Part shown: positions 26,071 through 38,912 of the stretch, piece after piece | How the letters are laid out: every line of letters starts with the position of its first letter | Position numbering within the stretch: position 1 is the stretch's first letter | DNA from: Octopus bimaculoides | Taxonomy: Eukaryota | NCBI RefSeq assembly: GCF_001194135.2 | Contig: NC_068986.1 | Span: forward strand, 46,262,223-46,319,394 | Length of the DNA: 57,172 nucleotides | Direction: 5' to 3' | Made by a program: the position numbers and the translations under genes | Notes under the pieces: model-generated | What the model saw: only the letters and a program-made list of their open reading frames with translations | The model's database searches: none | What the model was told of the DNA's origin: nothing

Positions 26071-28124
26071 ACAGGGTTAAAGTAATTTAATTTTACCTCT
26101 GTCCTGTGTATTTGTAGTTTTATGCTATAAAAGTATAAACTATATTCTTTCTTGTACATGACATCTGATTTCTTTTATACAGTTTCTTTTTTTTTTCTTT
26201 CAGCTCATTTGTGCTAATTAGCACACTAACATTACACATTCAAGAAGGCATACTCATCAATATTGAATAGTTAATAGAGCTGCACGCAGTTCTTAAATAT
26301 AACCAAGTTCATTTAAGATTTGATTAGGCCATTTATTTATAACTTAATTATATTTTCAAGTTACTTGATCAGAGTTGAATCACTGTTGACTGGTAGAAAG
26401 CTAACAGCTACTTATTCACGTTGTAAGAGGCACAAAAATTACATGTTCATAGCAGATGAATGATTTCTTTTAGCTTGGAGCCAAGCAGTGACCAAGAGGC
26501 CTGTCTTTTCACAGATCTCTTTGCACCTCTAGTTGATTGTAGCATGCAACTTGATTTACAACCAAGTTTTGACATGAAAAAAAAATATAGAAAATTCCAC
26601 CAGACCATGCATGATTGAATGATTGCAGCTGCAATATGACTGGTTAGAATTAAGAATGTCTCCTAATATGCTGTGACTTACTTCTCATTATTGAGCTAAG
26701 AAGGTTTTGATTCTAATCCTTACTACAAGCTTCTTGAACTTTTTTCACTTCGTTCTTACTTTGGCTACAATGCTTTCAGAACTTGCCCATTCTCCACTAA
26801 TTAAAGATAACAAAAGCCATCAATTACTTTTATGCCACCTTAGAGCATTTGAAGGAATTTGCTTCATGGGTGCTTTAAGTACTGACTACTCTATTATGCC
26901 TGCAACATATGAAGTTTGTCATTTATATCCACTTGTCTGCAATCAGAATGCACCTCTTGTCATCCATTGTTTACACAGTGTGAAATTCCTATTTTATATC
27001 CTACATATTGAACATGACCATTTCGCAGTTGTCAATAGAGTCCTGTATTCTTCCAAAATGCTTTAATTCGCGGCTTTAGTTTTTTATCTGGATTTTTTCT
27101 AATTCTTTGACATATCCAAGTATGAAAGCTTATTCATTAGCATACAGAAATTCCCAGTTAATGTCACCCCATTACATATAATATTTTTCATGTTTGTTCT
27201 GAGTTTTTTCAATGTAGGTGATCTGAAATTGTTATTGAAAAAACAAAGAAAACTTTTGCAGATATACCTGGATTGCTTAGGTTGAAGTTGATGTGTAACT
27301 TTAAATCATTTAGGTTAGAAACTGTACAAGTCTGGCGAGAAGTATCTAGATTGTATGTGAATGATATCTGTATGCAATAAGTTAAAGTGAATTGAAGGGT
27401 GGCTTCTGCTTAAGAATCTATGTGTGGTTAGCAATGACAATGAGAAGATTGAAAATCTACAGAAGAAATAGTACATGTGTGACATAACCAAACCTTGAAG
27501 TACACCATGATTGATAAATTTTGGGATAGAAGACCTATTGCTATGGAGAGATGTGACTGTAATATTTAATGAATGAAATGGAAAATGGATAGAGTCCATC
27601 GGTGGGTAACTTCACTTGGAATACTTAGCAGTTCTTATATCAAATATGATCAAAGTTTTTCTTATATCAAAGGCAATAATATCACTTATGTTGAAGTTTT
27701 TAATGGTGAGACATCACCTGTTTGTGACTATGGGAAGAAAACTTATGATAGATTTGGAAACTACTCTGATGGTCATTGAGAAGAGACAAAAGTAGGTAAA
27801 GGAAGTGGTTTTATTAAATAGGACTAGAGATTAATAGACAATTAAATAATATGGTACATATACATTGTACATATTCCACCAACATTAAGTTGAGTGTAAC
27901 ACACAAAACCAACTTTGAATGGATCTGAACATTTGAACATGAAAGGGGAAAAAAGCAGTAAACACACTAAGACTTTATTGTTTCTGCTACAAGGCTACCA
28001 TCTTATTCATCTAAAATTACAAATAGCATGTAATAGGGCACAGCATATGAAAATAGTTGTAACTGCTGCTTGAAGCTCAACTACTTTACAAAAATTTTGC
28101 TTTAAGTAATTACTGTTTCTAATT

Positions 28125-28630
28125 TAGCCAGAAGGCCAGCACTTTTCACAGAAGAGGTTAGTTGATTACATTAACTCCAAATATTTGACTGCCATTCATT
28201 TTATCAACTCTAAAGGAATGAAAGGCAAAACTACCTCAGTGGAATTTGAATATTGAATGTAAAGAGTCAGAATGAATACTGCAGGATATTTTATCTTTCC
28301 TGTGCTGTAACAATTCTGCCAGCTTGCTACCTTATGAAAGGCAAAGTTAACCTTGGTTGGATTTGAACTTGGAAATTAAAAAGCCAGAAACAATGCTACA
28401 GTGTATTTTATTTGATGGTGTAAGAATTTTGCTGAACCTTATAATAATAATGGTTTCAAAGGTGTTTAGTTGATACCATCGACCCTAGTACTTGACTGAT
28501 ATTTTATTTTTCTCAATCTTGAAAAGATGAAAGGCAAAGTTGACCGCATCTGGATTTGAATTTAGAGCATAAAGAGCTAAATGGGTAAGCTGCTTGATGC
28601 TCTAATGATTCTATCAACACTAATAATAAC
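28125..28630 (-). mobile_element. Three tandem decayed SINE family B copies
   Basis: The gaaaggcaaa(g)...atttgaa core recurs at about 28220, 28337 and 28530; short (TAA)n spacers at about 28442 and 28622. Confidence 0.75.
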
Positions 28631-28687
28631 AATCCTTTCTACTATAGGCTCAAGGCTTGAAATTTGAGGAGAGGGGACTAGTCAAAT

Positions 28688-28960
28688 ACATTGAAAGATA
28701 GAGTAAAGATAGAGTCTATAATAATTGATGCATTGGGAACAGTAAGCAAAGCGATAGACAAATGGCTGAAGGAGATAGGAACAGAATGCTCAGCAGAGGT
28801 CCGACAGAAAGTTTGTCTCTTAAGGACAGCAAGAATTATTAGGAGGGTTTTAAGCACTTGAAAGACAGCTGAAAACTTGTGGATACCTAAGGTTACAAAC
28901 AGTAATCTGCTACTCACATAAACCCTACCAGGAATAAGACTGAACCTAAGCCAAACCAAA

Positions 28961-29021
<61 letters not shown>
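28688..29021 (+). mobile_element. 3' end of an RLE-type LINE (Dong/R4-like) with (TAA)n tail
   Basis: 28688-28861 translates as TLKDRVKIESIIIDALGTVSKAIDKWLKEIGTECSAEVRQKVCLLRTARIIRRVLST*, matching the R4/Dong C-terminal pattern (I.IGALG...KWL..IG...QK..LLGTA.I.R.VL). A 3' UTR of about 100 nt and (TAA)n at 28965-29021 follow. Confidence 0.85.
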
Positions 29022-29022
<1 letters not shown>

Positions 29023-29237
29023 CTTTTCTACTGTAGGCACAAGGCCTGAAATTGTGGGGAAGGGGACTAATCGATTACATTGACCCCAGTGTTTCACTGG
29101 TTCTTAATTTATCAACTCAGAAAGGATGAAAGGCAAAGTCAATCTCGGTGGAATTTGAACTCAGAACATAGTGATGGGTGAAATACCACTAAGCATTCCA
29201 TCCAGTGTGCTAATGATTCTGCCAGCTCACCACCTTA

Positions 29238-29238
<1 letters not shown>
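29022..29238 (-). mobile_element. Full-length SINE family B flanked by (TAA)n on both sides
   Basis: cttttctactgtaggcacaaggcctgaa...gctaatgattctgccagctcaccacctt, followed by (TAA)n at 29238-29328. Confidence 0.9.

Positions 29239-29328
<90 letters not shown>
29238..29328. repeat. (TAA)n microsatellite
   Basis: Directly visible run of about 90 bp. Confidence 0.98.
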
Positions 29329-30233
29329 TAGTGTTACTGTTGACACTATATTATTATATATAGTTCGTCTTTTTGAGAGAAAATTAAAAAAAACATGTGA
29401 ATATGAAATATTTACAAACTGAGTAGTTTTCATATGAAGTCCTTCAAGTTTATTTCTGTTGGTATTTTAGAAGTAAAAAAATATTTAATGCTTTAACTGA
29501 GTATTTATATGAATTCAAATTGCCTCTATATTTCCAAGATTTAGTAGTTGACTGCAATGTATATGAATCATTATTTGTAATGACTTAGAATATTATAATT
29601 GTAATTTTAAAAGCTCTTTCCTTGGGCTGCAAACAAAGACATTAAACTACATTAAGAAACTGTATATTTTAAATAGCCTATCTGCAGTCAATTTGCAATA
29701 TTCCATACCTGAAGAGGTAATCTGTTGTAGTAAAACTACAGATATTCAAACAAAATCTTACAAATCTGTTCTATTATGCATCATTTTGCTAGGAGAGCTT
29801 GCCAAATTTTTAACCATAGGTTTGATAAGAGTCTGCTTCAAAATAGAATGCTCATGAAACAACAGAAAATATGCTAATTGGAAAATCACTATATTTGTGT
29901 TTAAAATCAATACTAGATAGAATAAAGATAACACCTGACTAATATGATAACACTACATTCAAGAGAAAATATTCAGCAACAGAAGCATAAAAAATACATG
30001 CAGCAGAATGGCTAAATTACATAGCTAAAACAATGTGAGTGTAGTAACAGACAACATGACATGCAGCACATGAGAATGTGTGAGTGCATTTCTTTCTGTA
30101 TATGTGTATGAGTATTTATATATATATATATATATATATACACATACACACACACATATATATATACACACACCCACACACATATATACATACAGACAGA
30201 CAAACACACATATATGTATATGTATGCAATATC

Positions 30234-30235
<2 letters not shown>

Positions 30236-30273
<38 letters not shown>

Positions 30274-30296
30274 ATCTATCTATCTATCTATCTATG
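30236..30296. repeat. (TATC)n microsatellite
   Basis: Directly visible. Confidence 0.95.
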
Positions 30297-30298
30297 TA

Positions 30299-31256
30299 TC
30301 AGGTCATCCCATAAGTTCTGTCCAATTTTACCTTTAAAAATTGAATGAAATTTAATAGTATTTAATAGTATTTTAGAATGTCTAATGAAATTAAAAATTA
30401 TTTTCATGCATTTGTGTTCATTTAAACTAATTAAATATTATTTTACAGAATAATAGAATTAAAATTTCTTTGATTAAAACCCTTTTTAACATGGAAGTAT
30501 CGAAAGAGCATTTGAGGTTCATAATGCTTTATGAGCACAAAAAAGGAAACTCTGCAGCTGAAGTGACTCGAAACACACATTTAATTTATGGGAAAGAATG
30601 CTTGAATGAAAGAACTTGCAGATGATTTGCAAAATTCATTACTTGAAGAAAGTCCTGCATTATCAGTTGAAGAATTGGCAATAAAGCTTAGTTCAAACCA
30701 TACAACTGTTCATCATCATCTTTAACAATTTGGAAAGATTCCTAAGCTTGCAAAATACCTCATAAATTGTCAGAAAGCAACCACAAATCCCGAGTTGACA
30801 TCTGCTCTTCTTTCCATTCTCATTTCACCCTTTTTGGATAGACATGTGACTGGTGACAAAAAATGGAAATTCTATCGAAATGGTAAATGTCGTAAACAGT
30901 GGCTTGGTAAAAGGAAAAAAGCTCAATCACAACTGAGAAGGGAACTTCATGGGAAAAAAGTTCTTCTCTCTATCTGGTAGGATTGCAAAGGAGTAATTCG
31001 CTTTGAATTGTTTCCACCTAATGCAACAATCAATGCTCAAGTTTACTGTCAGCAATTAGAGCGTTTGAACCAAGCTTTGAAGAAAAAAAGACCTGCTTTA
31101 GTGAATTGAAAAGGAGTGATATTTCATCAGGACAATGCACAACCCCACACTGCAAAGATCACATCACAGGAGATAGAAGAGCGTGGTTGGGAAAAAATTC
31201 CTCATCCACCTTATTCTCTCGACCTTGCTTCTTCAGACTACCATTTGTTTTGTAGT
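30299..31256 (+). mobile_element. Mariner (DD34D) DNA transposon, inactivated; right part lost in the N-gap
   Basis: TA followed by the TIR-like tcaggtcatcccataagttctgtcc. From ATG 30491: MEVSKEHLRFIMLYEHKKGNSAAEVTRNTHLIYGKECLNERTCR*. Later motifs: VTGDKKW (30846), KKVLLSIW*DCKG, IFHQDNAQPH and HPPYSLDLASSDYHLF. Stops, frameshifts and an internal deletion are present. Confidence 0.95.
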
Positions 31257-32214
31257 NNNNNNNNNNNNNNNNNNNNNNNNNNNNNNNNNNNNNNNNNNNN
31301 NNNNNNNNNNNNNNNNNNNNNNNNNNNNNNNNNNNNNNNNNNNNNNNNNNNNNNNNNNNNNNNNNNNNNNNNNNNNNNNNNNNNNNNNNNNNNNNNNNNN
31401 NNNNNNNNNNNNNNNNNNNNNNNNNNNNNNNNNNNNNNNNNNNNNNNNNNNNNNNNNNNNNNNNNNNNNNNNNNNNNNNNNNNNNNNNNNNNNNNNNNNN
31501 NNNNNNNNNNNNNNNNNNNNNNNNNNNNNNNNNNNNNNNNNNNNNNNNNNNNNNNNNNNNNNNNNNNNNNNNNNNNNNNNNNNNNNNNNNNNNNNNNNNN
31601 NNNNNNNNNNNNNNNNNNNNNNNNNNNNNNNNNNNNNNNNNNNNNNNNNNNNNNNNNNNNNNNNNNNNNNNNNNNNNNNNNNNNNNNNNNNNNNNNNNNN
31701 NNNNNNNNNNNNNNNNNNNNNNNNNNNNNNNNNNNNNNNNNNNNNNNNNNNNNNNNNNNNNNNNNNNNNNNNNNNNNNNNNNNNNNNNNNNNNNNNNNNN
31801 NNNNNNNNNNNNNNNNNNNNNNNNNNNNNNNNNNNNNNNNNNNNNNNNNNNNNNNNNNNNNNNNNNNNNNNNNNNNNNNNNNNNNNNNNNNNNNNNNNNN
31901 NNNNNNNNNNNNNNNNNNNNNNNNNNNNNNNNNNNNNNNNNNNNNNNNNNNNNNNNNNNNNNNNNNNNNNNNNNNNNNNNNNNNNNNNNNNNNNNNNNNN
32001 NNNNNNNNNNNNNNNNNNNNNNNNNNNNNNNNNNNNNNNNNNNNNNNNNNNNNNNNNNNNNNNNNNNNNNNNNNNNNNNNNNNNNNNNNNNNNNNNNNNN
32101 NNNNNNNNNNNNNNNNNNNNNNNNNNNNNNNNNNNNNNNNNNNNNNNNNNNNNNNNNNNNNNNNNNNNNNNNNNNNNNNNNNNNNNNNNNNNNNNNNNNN
32201 NNNNNNNNNNNNNN

Positions 32215-32268
<54 letters not shown>

Positions 32269-32667
32269 CATATGCAAAACAAGGTGGAAAAAATAGTACT
32301 TGAATACCAAAGGTAGAGTAATATGCTTTATTAAAACACAGCAGAAATATCACAAGAACTATTACTCAGTTTCACATTCCCATTTAAACAAAACTGTCCC
32401 ACGAATGGGAATGTGAAACTCTGAATAACAGTTTTTGTGATATTTCTGCTGCTTTTTGATAAAGTATATATATATATATGTGTGTGTGTATGTATGTATA
32501 TATATGTAACATACATAAACATGTATCGTCATACTAATACATCCTTTTGTTATTTACACCACCTGTCCTCGTTTGTTGTTGTTTTTTCATACATTCTCCC
32601 ATATATAATATATATATACATACACATGTACATATAATATAATATGATATAATATAATATATATAAT

Positions 32668-32880
32668 CATTTTAATGTTCACGTTTCTCTGCTTGAATAG
32701 GTCTGATGGAATTTGTTGAAGCAAGTTTTCTATGGCTGGATGCCTTTCTTGCCATCAACCTTCCAAGTAGGGTAATATTTCCTCCTAGTCAGATATATTT
32801 TTCATAGAAGAGTGGAAATGAACAACATGCCTTGTGTGGCAATAATACCCACTTGCAACCATCATGTGATGTCAGGATAA
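32668..32880 (-). mobile_element. Family C-related repeat
   Basis: tcattttaatgttcacgtttc...ttctatggctggatgcctttcttgccatcaacc; similar to 53415-53550. Confidence 0.6.
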
Positions 32881-33002
32881 GAAATATTCTGTAAAAATAT
32901 GGCTGTCTCAATAATCTCCAACCAATTCAGGAATGCATGCAAAATTGAATGCCCAAATGACAACAATGATGATATATGTGTATGTTTATACATAAATGTA
33001 TG

Positions 33003-33034
<32 letters not shown>

Positions 33035-33264
33035 AGGAACGCAGAAAATGTAACCGGTGTATTATGCTTTATACAATTTTATATGCATTTCAGTAAGCCA
33101 ATTACCATTAATTATGTATGCCTGTAGGACCTTTTATATCACACAATGCAAACAACTCATTTCATCAGCATTATTAGCAAAAATACAACATGAAAGAAAA
33201 AAAAACAGATGCAGATCCGTATAAATACCAGTATGCAAGTAAGTACAGTCAGGTTATTATAACA

Positions 33265-33292
33265 TAATAATAATAATAATAATAACAATAAC

Positions 33293-33328
<36 letters not shown>
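33265..33328. repeat. (TAA/CAA)n microsatellite
   Basis: Directly visible. Confidence 0.95.
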
Positions 33329-33329
<1 letters not shown>

Positions 33330-33814
33330 CCTGGATGCAGTACCAGGCAGTGGCTCTCATGGCTTCTGGTCTAATTGATTGGAAGTGTTATCATGTACAT
33401 TGTTTTGTCTTGGTATAAAAGATGGGCTACAGCAAATATTCTACTCAATACCACAGATTTGCTTGTCAGTTGTTTGACCGTAACCAGTTGAGCATGTCCC
33501 TTGGTGGCTGACAATATGNNNNNNNNNNAATCCACCTTTGGAAACATGAATGTTTTGCTCAACATCCTTAAACAAATCTTATTCAGGGACCTTTTGAGAG
33601 GGATGGGCTACTCGACCTGAAGAAAATTCTAACTGGGCTCCACCTGCAAAGTGATGCACTGTTTATCTTGATATGAGATCACCATGTCGTGCACATATGG
33701 TTGTGATGCATGTGCCTGTTGTACCCTTATCAGATGGGTAGTCATGATGGGTATAATGGGCTTCGTATATTTTACCCCAGTGTCACTTTGATGGCATGCA
33801 CTGCTCTCTCACTC
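33329..33814 (+). mobile_element. Non-coding ~490-bp interspersed element (family F) embedded in (TAA)n
   Basis: GC-richer block with sharp boundaries: gcctggatgcagtacc...gcactgctctctcactc, with (TAA)n on both sides. No convincing ORF. Mobile status is inferred from the boundaries. Confidence 0.6.
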
Positions 33815-33839
33815 AATAATAATAACAACAACAATAATA

Positions 33840-34460
33840 ATGGTTTCAAAGTTTTCCTCAAGGATAGCAATTTTAGGGGAAGTGATGAGTCGATGTGATG
33901 AGTCAATTATATCGACCCCAGTGTTCAAATGGTACTTATTTTATTGATCCTAAAAAGAGGAAAGGCAAAGTCAACCTCGGCGGAATTTGAACTCAGAAGA
34001 TAAAGATTGATGGAATGCTGCTAAGCCTTTTGCCCAGTGTGCTAATGATTCTGCCAGCTCACCACCTTAATAATAAGAATAATGGTTTCGTATTTTGGCA
34101 CAAGGCCAGTCAGTTCACAAGGAGGGGCTTAGTTGACCCCAGTGCTCAACTAGTATTTATTTTATTGATCCTGGGAGAATGAAAAGCAAAGCTGGCCTCA
34201 GTAAAATTTGGACTCTGGATGTAGAGATAAATGAAATGCCCCTAAACATTTTGCCCTGCATGCTAACAATTCCGCCAGCTTGCTACCACTTTGGAACAAG
34301 GTCAGTATTTTCAGCAGAATGGGTAAGTTAATTACATCAACTCCAGTGCTCAACTGGTACTCATTTAGGCTACCTTGACCTCAGCAGAATTTGAACTCAG
34401 AGCATATAGAAAAATGAAATATCACATAGCATTTTATCTGGCATGCTAACAATTTGTCAT
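33840..34460 (-). mobile_element. Three tandem SINE family B copies
   Basis: Units at about 33840-34070, 34080-34290 and 34291-34460 each carry ccagtg(c/t)tcaa..ggtact and gctaa(c/t)(a/g)att; the units become more decayed from left to right. Confidence 0.85.
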
Positions 34461-35399
34461 CTCACAACAAATAAAAGACAAAATAATAATTTTATAATAA
34501 TAAATAATAATTCACTGATTCATGACTCTACCAATGAAAAAAAAAAAAAAGAAAGAAAATCCAACCTGATAGATGATGTAAACGTTATTCAGCTTAAAAC
34601 TGCTTTAAAATATAGATGAAGGCAGGATAACAGCATTAGCACACATGTCCACATGCATAAATCTAGTTTTTGCATTGCATTTTTGCTAATAATCCTGAGG
34701 AAGTAAGCCTGCTTGCATTATGCTGAATAATAGTATCTACAGGCATATGTAATTAATGGCAGTTGGCATACTGAGACATGTGTACAGTATATTAAACATA
34801 AAAGACTGGCTACATTTTCTGTGTCCCTTTTATATTGTATGTATGTACGATATATGATATACATGTGTATAGGCATGTGTGTCTGTTAAAAACAAAACTG
34901 AAAACACCAACGAAATATCATGACAATGATAAAACCAGGAACATACCCTTGCCTGTTTCTGAATGATGTTTATTCTGCACCATGGGGAAAGCTAAAAAGT
35001 TTTAAGGAAGCAAGAAATGTTATGACTATATTTCATATCTTGTATTCATATAAAAATGATACACATAAATGCTCAGATGCACATATCCATATTTTATATG
35101 ATCTTTCCATTCATTTAACATTCGAAGCAATTAGAAAATGTAATTATTTCATAAATTTTAAAAAGAAAACAAAAAAACAAAATGAATAATTCATTTGGAA
35201 GAATAAAAGGTAACAACAACTAGAACAATAATAATGATGATAATGATGAGATGATGATGATGATGGTTTATTTTGTTACCCACAAAAGTCCAAAATGTAG
35301 ACAATATCAAGTAATACAAAAGAAAACAAGAAACGATAAACAATGCAGAATTTATAATGAATGGCTAAGACCAATAAAACAATAAAGACATAAATATAT

Positions 35400-36050
35400 A
35401 AATAATAAATAACAGCATTTTAAGGCCCCTACATACACAACTACATCATATGTAGATTAGCATGGGCCTCTAAACCCACAGGGCCCTGGACAACCACTCA
35501 TACCTTAAGAAGGCACTGACTTCCCGGGTACATCAAAAAGTGCTTTCTCTCAGATTTTGCTGCTATCTTACAACTACATAGTGTAGGCTTGTTCAGCTTC
35601 ACTATTTTTACCTCACTCAACTGCCTTTCTTAAAATTTACTGGAGACCAGCACCTTCCTCTATTTCTTTACTGCTCTCTGCAAGCAGTACTTAAAGAAAG
35701 TTGATGAGGGCTTGATCTCAGAAGAAAAATGTTCTCAAACCTTTCAACCCCATCTACCATACAGTTTACTTAGCCACAGTCTCAAGACAGTAAAAAACAA
35801 TTCACTCTTCTTTGCTAAAGGAAAGCAGTGCATCAATCTTCACAACAGACTAGACTGACAGCTGATTCCGTCACACATTTGATAGTAGTGTGTTTGACAT
35901 ATACTTGTTCTTCAGCAGTGCAAAAGCACTGAACAAGTGGATGGTTTTGCCACCTGCTGCTAATCTCAAATGGGTTTAATTGCTGGAAATGCCAGCATGG
36001 TCAAATTTGTAGAACTTATTCTGAACAGCTCAAAGTGTTTAGGAAATCAC
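35400..36050 (-). pseudogene. Decayed 3' end of a Tx1/L1-like LINE
   Basis: Minus-strand fragments: KTI..LVQC (decayed zinc knuckle), LLSNV*RNQLSV*SVVKIDALLSFSKEE*IVFYCLETVAK*TVW*MGLKGL, QALINF/FKYCLQRAVKK*RKVLVSSKF. Recognised as a Tx1-type ORF2 C-terminus; heavily mutated. Confidence 0.55.
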
Positions 36051-36232
36051 TCATAATCTCCAATATGAAAATATTCCAGTAAAAGCTACTCAGAAACTTG
36101 TTCCTTGGTCATCATTGCTTATATCCTCTACAAACCCATTATAGAATGCAGAGGTAGCTATCTGCTGATGATTTGGTACAGACAAATGTAATGAGATCCT
36201 AAAAGAAATTTTGTTCAAGGAAACAAACTCAT

Positions 36233-36445
36233 CATCATTTAACGTCCATCTTCCATGCTGGCATGGGTTGGAAGGTTTGACAGGAGCTAGAAAACCAGAG
36301 GACAGTGCCAAGCTTAACTGTTTGTTTTAGCGTGTATTTTATGGCTTGATGCCCTTCCTAACACCAATCACTTTACAGAGTAGACTGGGTGCTTTTTATC
36401 TGGCACCAGTACTGATGAGGACTGTTTTGGCATGGTTTTTACAGC
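36233..36445 (-). mobile_element. Repeat family C 3' part
   Basis: catcatcatttaacgtccatcttccatgctggcatgggttggaaggtttgacagg...gatgcccttcctaacaccaatcac. Confidence 0.8.
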
Positions 36446-37217
36446 TAACCAATCAAAAACTATCCAAATAAAACCAGACTGTTTGATAGCAGCGATGGTA
36501 TTTAGGGAAACAAGATTTGATCTTAACAGAGTAAGATACACCTAAACAAAACCCCACTCCAAAAAATGCAATAAAAAACATTATACAAATCTGAAAAAAT
36601 TTTCCTAACTATACTTAATAAAATGGATAAGAAGAGATCCAGTTTAAAAAAGAAAAGAAAAATAGAACTTCATTTACAAAAAAAATATATATATATAATA
36701 TCAATAAAAAAAAAAACTCTGGAAGTAAAAGAAAAGGCTAAACAAATTTTATCAACAAAAGAATGCAACATTAACACCTTGAAAAAGGGATATATTTCTT
36801 TCAGAAGAACATGGTATATGAATCAAAACTTTTAACAGAGACATTAACAAATATATACATGGAAAGAAAGAAAAAGAGACAGACAGACAGACAGACAGAC
36901 AACACTGTTATTAATAGAAACACAAGCATACCAAGAAAGAATATTCAACAAATCATTTAGCACAGTAATGAGAAAGCAGAAAGGGAAAATGGAAAAACAT
37001 ATACTCAAAGAAATAATATATGTGTGTCTACAAGAGCACTGCAAGCAAGGTGCACTATATCTGGTAGAGAACTCTCCAACACATCAAAAACTGCAATCAA
37101 TTGAAAAAATCTTGGTATTGGCAAGATCATCAGTTTCTGACTGAAGCACCTAACCAATGTGTATGTGTAAATATCACTATGTGTATATATGGTGACAGTA
37201 TANNNNNNNNNNNNNNN

Positions 37218-37253
<36 letters not shown>

Positions 37254-37331
37254 TTCAAAAAAGACAAAAAACAATAACAAAAAAACAACAAAGTGAGGAC
37301 GTGATACGGATAGTGTTATTAGACGCTCGGG

Positions 37332-37754
37332 TAGATAAATGTTGCTTTAAATTGGAGTATATATAATATTATTATGATATATTATTATATAGTTATTATT
37401 GTATAAAAGACTTTCATAGTCAACTTTTTTAACATAACTTACAAAGCCTTCGGGTTTGTTTACAAATATTATATGTAGTAATAGACAGTTATGTATCTAT
37501 ACATATAATTTGGATGAATATCATGGGTGAGTGTGTTGGCCCAATCAAATGTGCAAGGAGCCATATAAGCATTGATTTGTGGGCTTGACTCATCATTTTT
37601 CAGTCAATCATTTAGATAAATGTTGCTTTAAATCAGAGTATATATGTTATTATTATGATATATTTTTATATAGTTGTTATTATATAAAAGACTTTTATTG
37701 TCGCTCTTTTTACCATAACTTACAAAGCCTTCAAGTTTGTTTACAAACATTATA
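37332..37754 (+). repeat. Pair of ~142-bp direct repeats separated by ~138 bp
   Basis: tagataaatgttgctttaaat...cataacttacaaagccttc..gtttgtttacaaa.attatat at 37332-37474 and 37613-37754. Confidence 0.9.
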
Positions 37755-38059
37755 TATATATATATATATATATATAACTGAATACTGTATTTTCTGCAGA
37801 CCAATTGTGAGATAAAATGCAATGTTGAAGCTGACTGGCAGGATTTGAATTCAGTCATTAACCAATAAAATTAATTATTGTTCAGCACATTACCATCTCT
37901 GCTGGGGTTGATTTGTTTGACAAGACCCATCAAGTTGGTGCCCCAGTATGGCCACAGTGTAATGATTGAAATAAGTAAAAGATTACTCTGTAAGGAGCTT
38001 AGGGCCAGTTTCCTGGTTTCTCTGATGCATATATTCCTCCCTGCATGCGGCACTGTTCT

Positions 38060-38215
38060 GTTGTAGGATTATTCATTTTTACCAGCTGAGTGGACTGGAG
38101 CAATGTGAAATGAAGTGTTCTGCTCAAAAATACATCTCATCACCTGTGCCAGGAATTGAAACTGCAGTCTCACGATCTTGAGTCCAACACCCTAACCACT
38201 AACCACTATGCTTCA
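38060..38215 (-). mobile_element. SINE family D
   Basis: ccagctgagtggactggagcaatgtgaaatgaagtg...ggaattgaaact...acaccctaaccact. Confidence 0.8.
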
Positions 38216-38544
38216 ACGAAAGATAAAAGATACTTTTATATAATACATTTTCTGAAAGTATAAATAATGAAAACAAATTTACTTCTAAATACTAAGTGTT
38301 TGCTAGCTACTTTGGGTTTGTTCCTTGCAGCTATCAACAGATGTTTATGTAGATACATTGTGCTTGACAGTTATGATTAACACTCCTGCTGTAGATTAAT
38401 AACAAATACAATGGAATTTATTGAAACATTGGTTATATAACTCGAGTAAAAGTGTCTGAAGTTAAACATGAATAAATCAAAAGTAGCTGATATGTAATTC
38501 AGGAGCTAGACAGAAACAAGTCAACTGTCATCTTAGCTTTTGTC

Positions 38545-38912
38545 TTTTGTTTCCCTCATTGAACTGTGGCAATGCTGGGGCACTGCTTTGAAGGGCTTTA
38601 GTGAAATGAATCAATCACAGTGCCTATTATTCAAAGTCTGGTATTCATTCTATAGGTCCCTTTCACTAAACCACTAGGTTACAGAGACATAAACAAACCA
38701 GCATTGACTGTCAAGTGGTGCAGAGGACAGACATGAAGATAAAGTGACATACAACCACACAGTGGTCTTTCAGTTTTCATATATTAAATCTACTCTCAGG
38801 AATTTGGTCATCTCGGGGCTATATAGTAAGAGACAGTTGCTCAAGATGCCAAGTAGAAAAACTGAACCCAAAACCATGTGGTTGGGAAGCAAACTTCTTG
38901 CCACACACCATG
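38545..38912 (-). mobile_element. Decayed SINE family A
   Basis: gtggcaatgctggggcactgc...actgaacccaaaaccatgtggttgggaagcaaacttctt. Confidence 0.75.

Noticed and set aside
26707-27779. ORFs 26707..27066, 27315..27599 and 27573..27779
   Set aside because: No recognisable motif and no consistent splice boundaries; lengths are compatible with chance or an unrecognised decayed repeat.
28631-29083. 64-bp flanking similarity as a TSD of the Dong-like fragment
   Set aside because: It is too long and too diverged for a TSD, and is better explained as two separate family B SINE ends.
28125-34460. Tandem ~200-bp units as a CRISPR array or satellite
   Set aside because: The units are diverged SINE copies of unequal length also found dispersed; the context is eukaryotic and no cas genes are present.
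37105-37133. Minus-strand CTGATGA followed by a tcttg/caaga hairpin
   Set aside because: No GAAA follows the hairpin.
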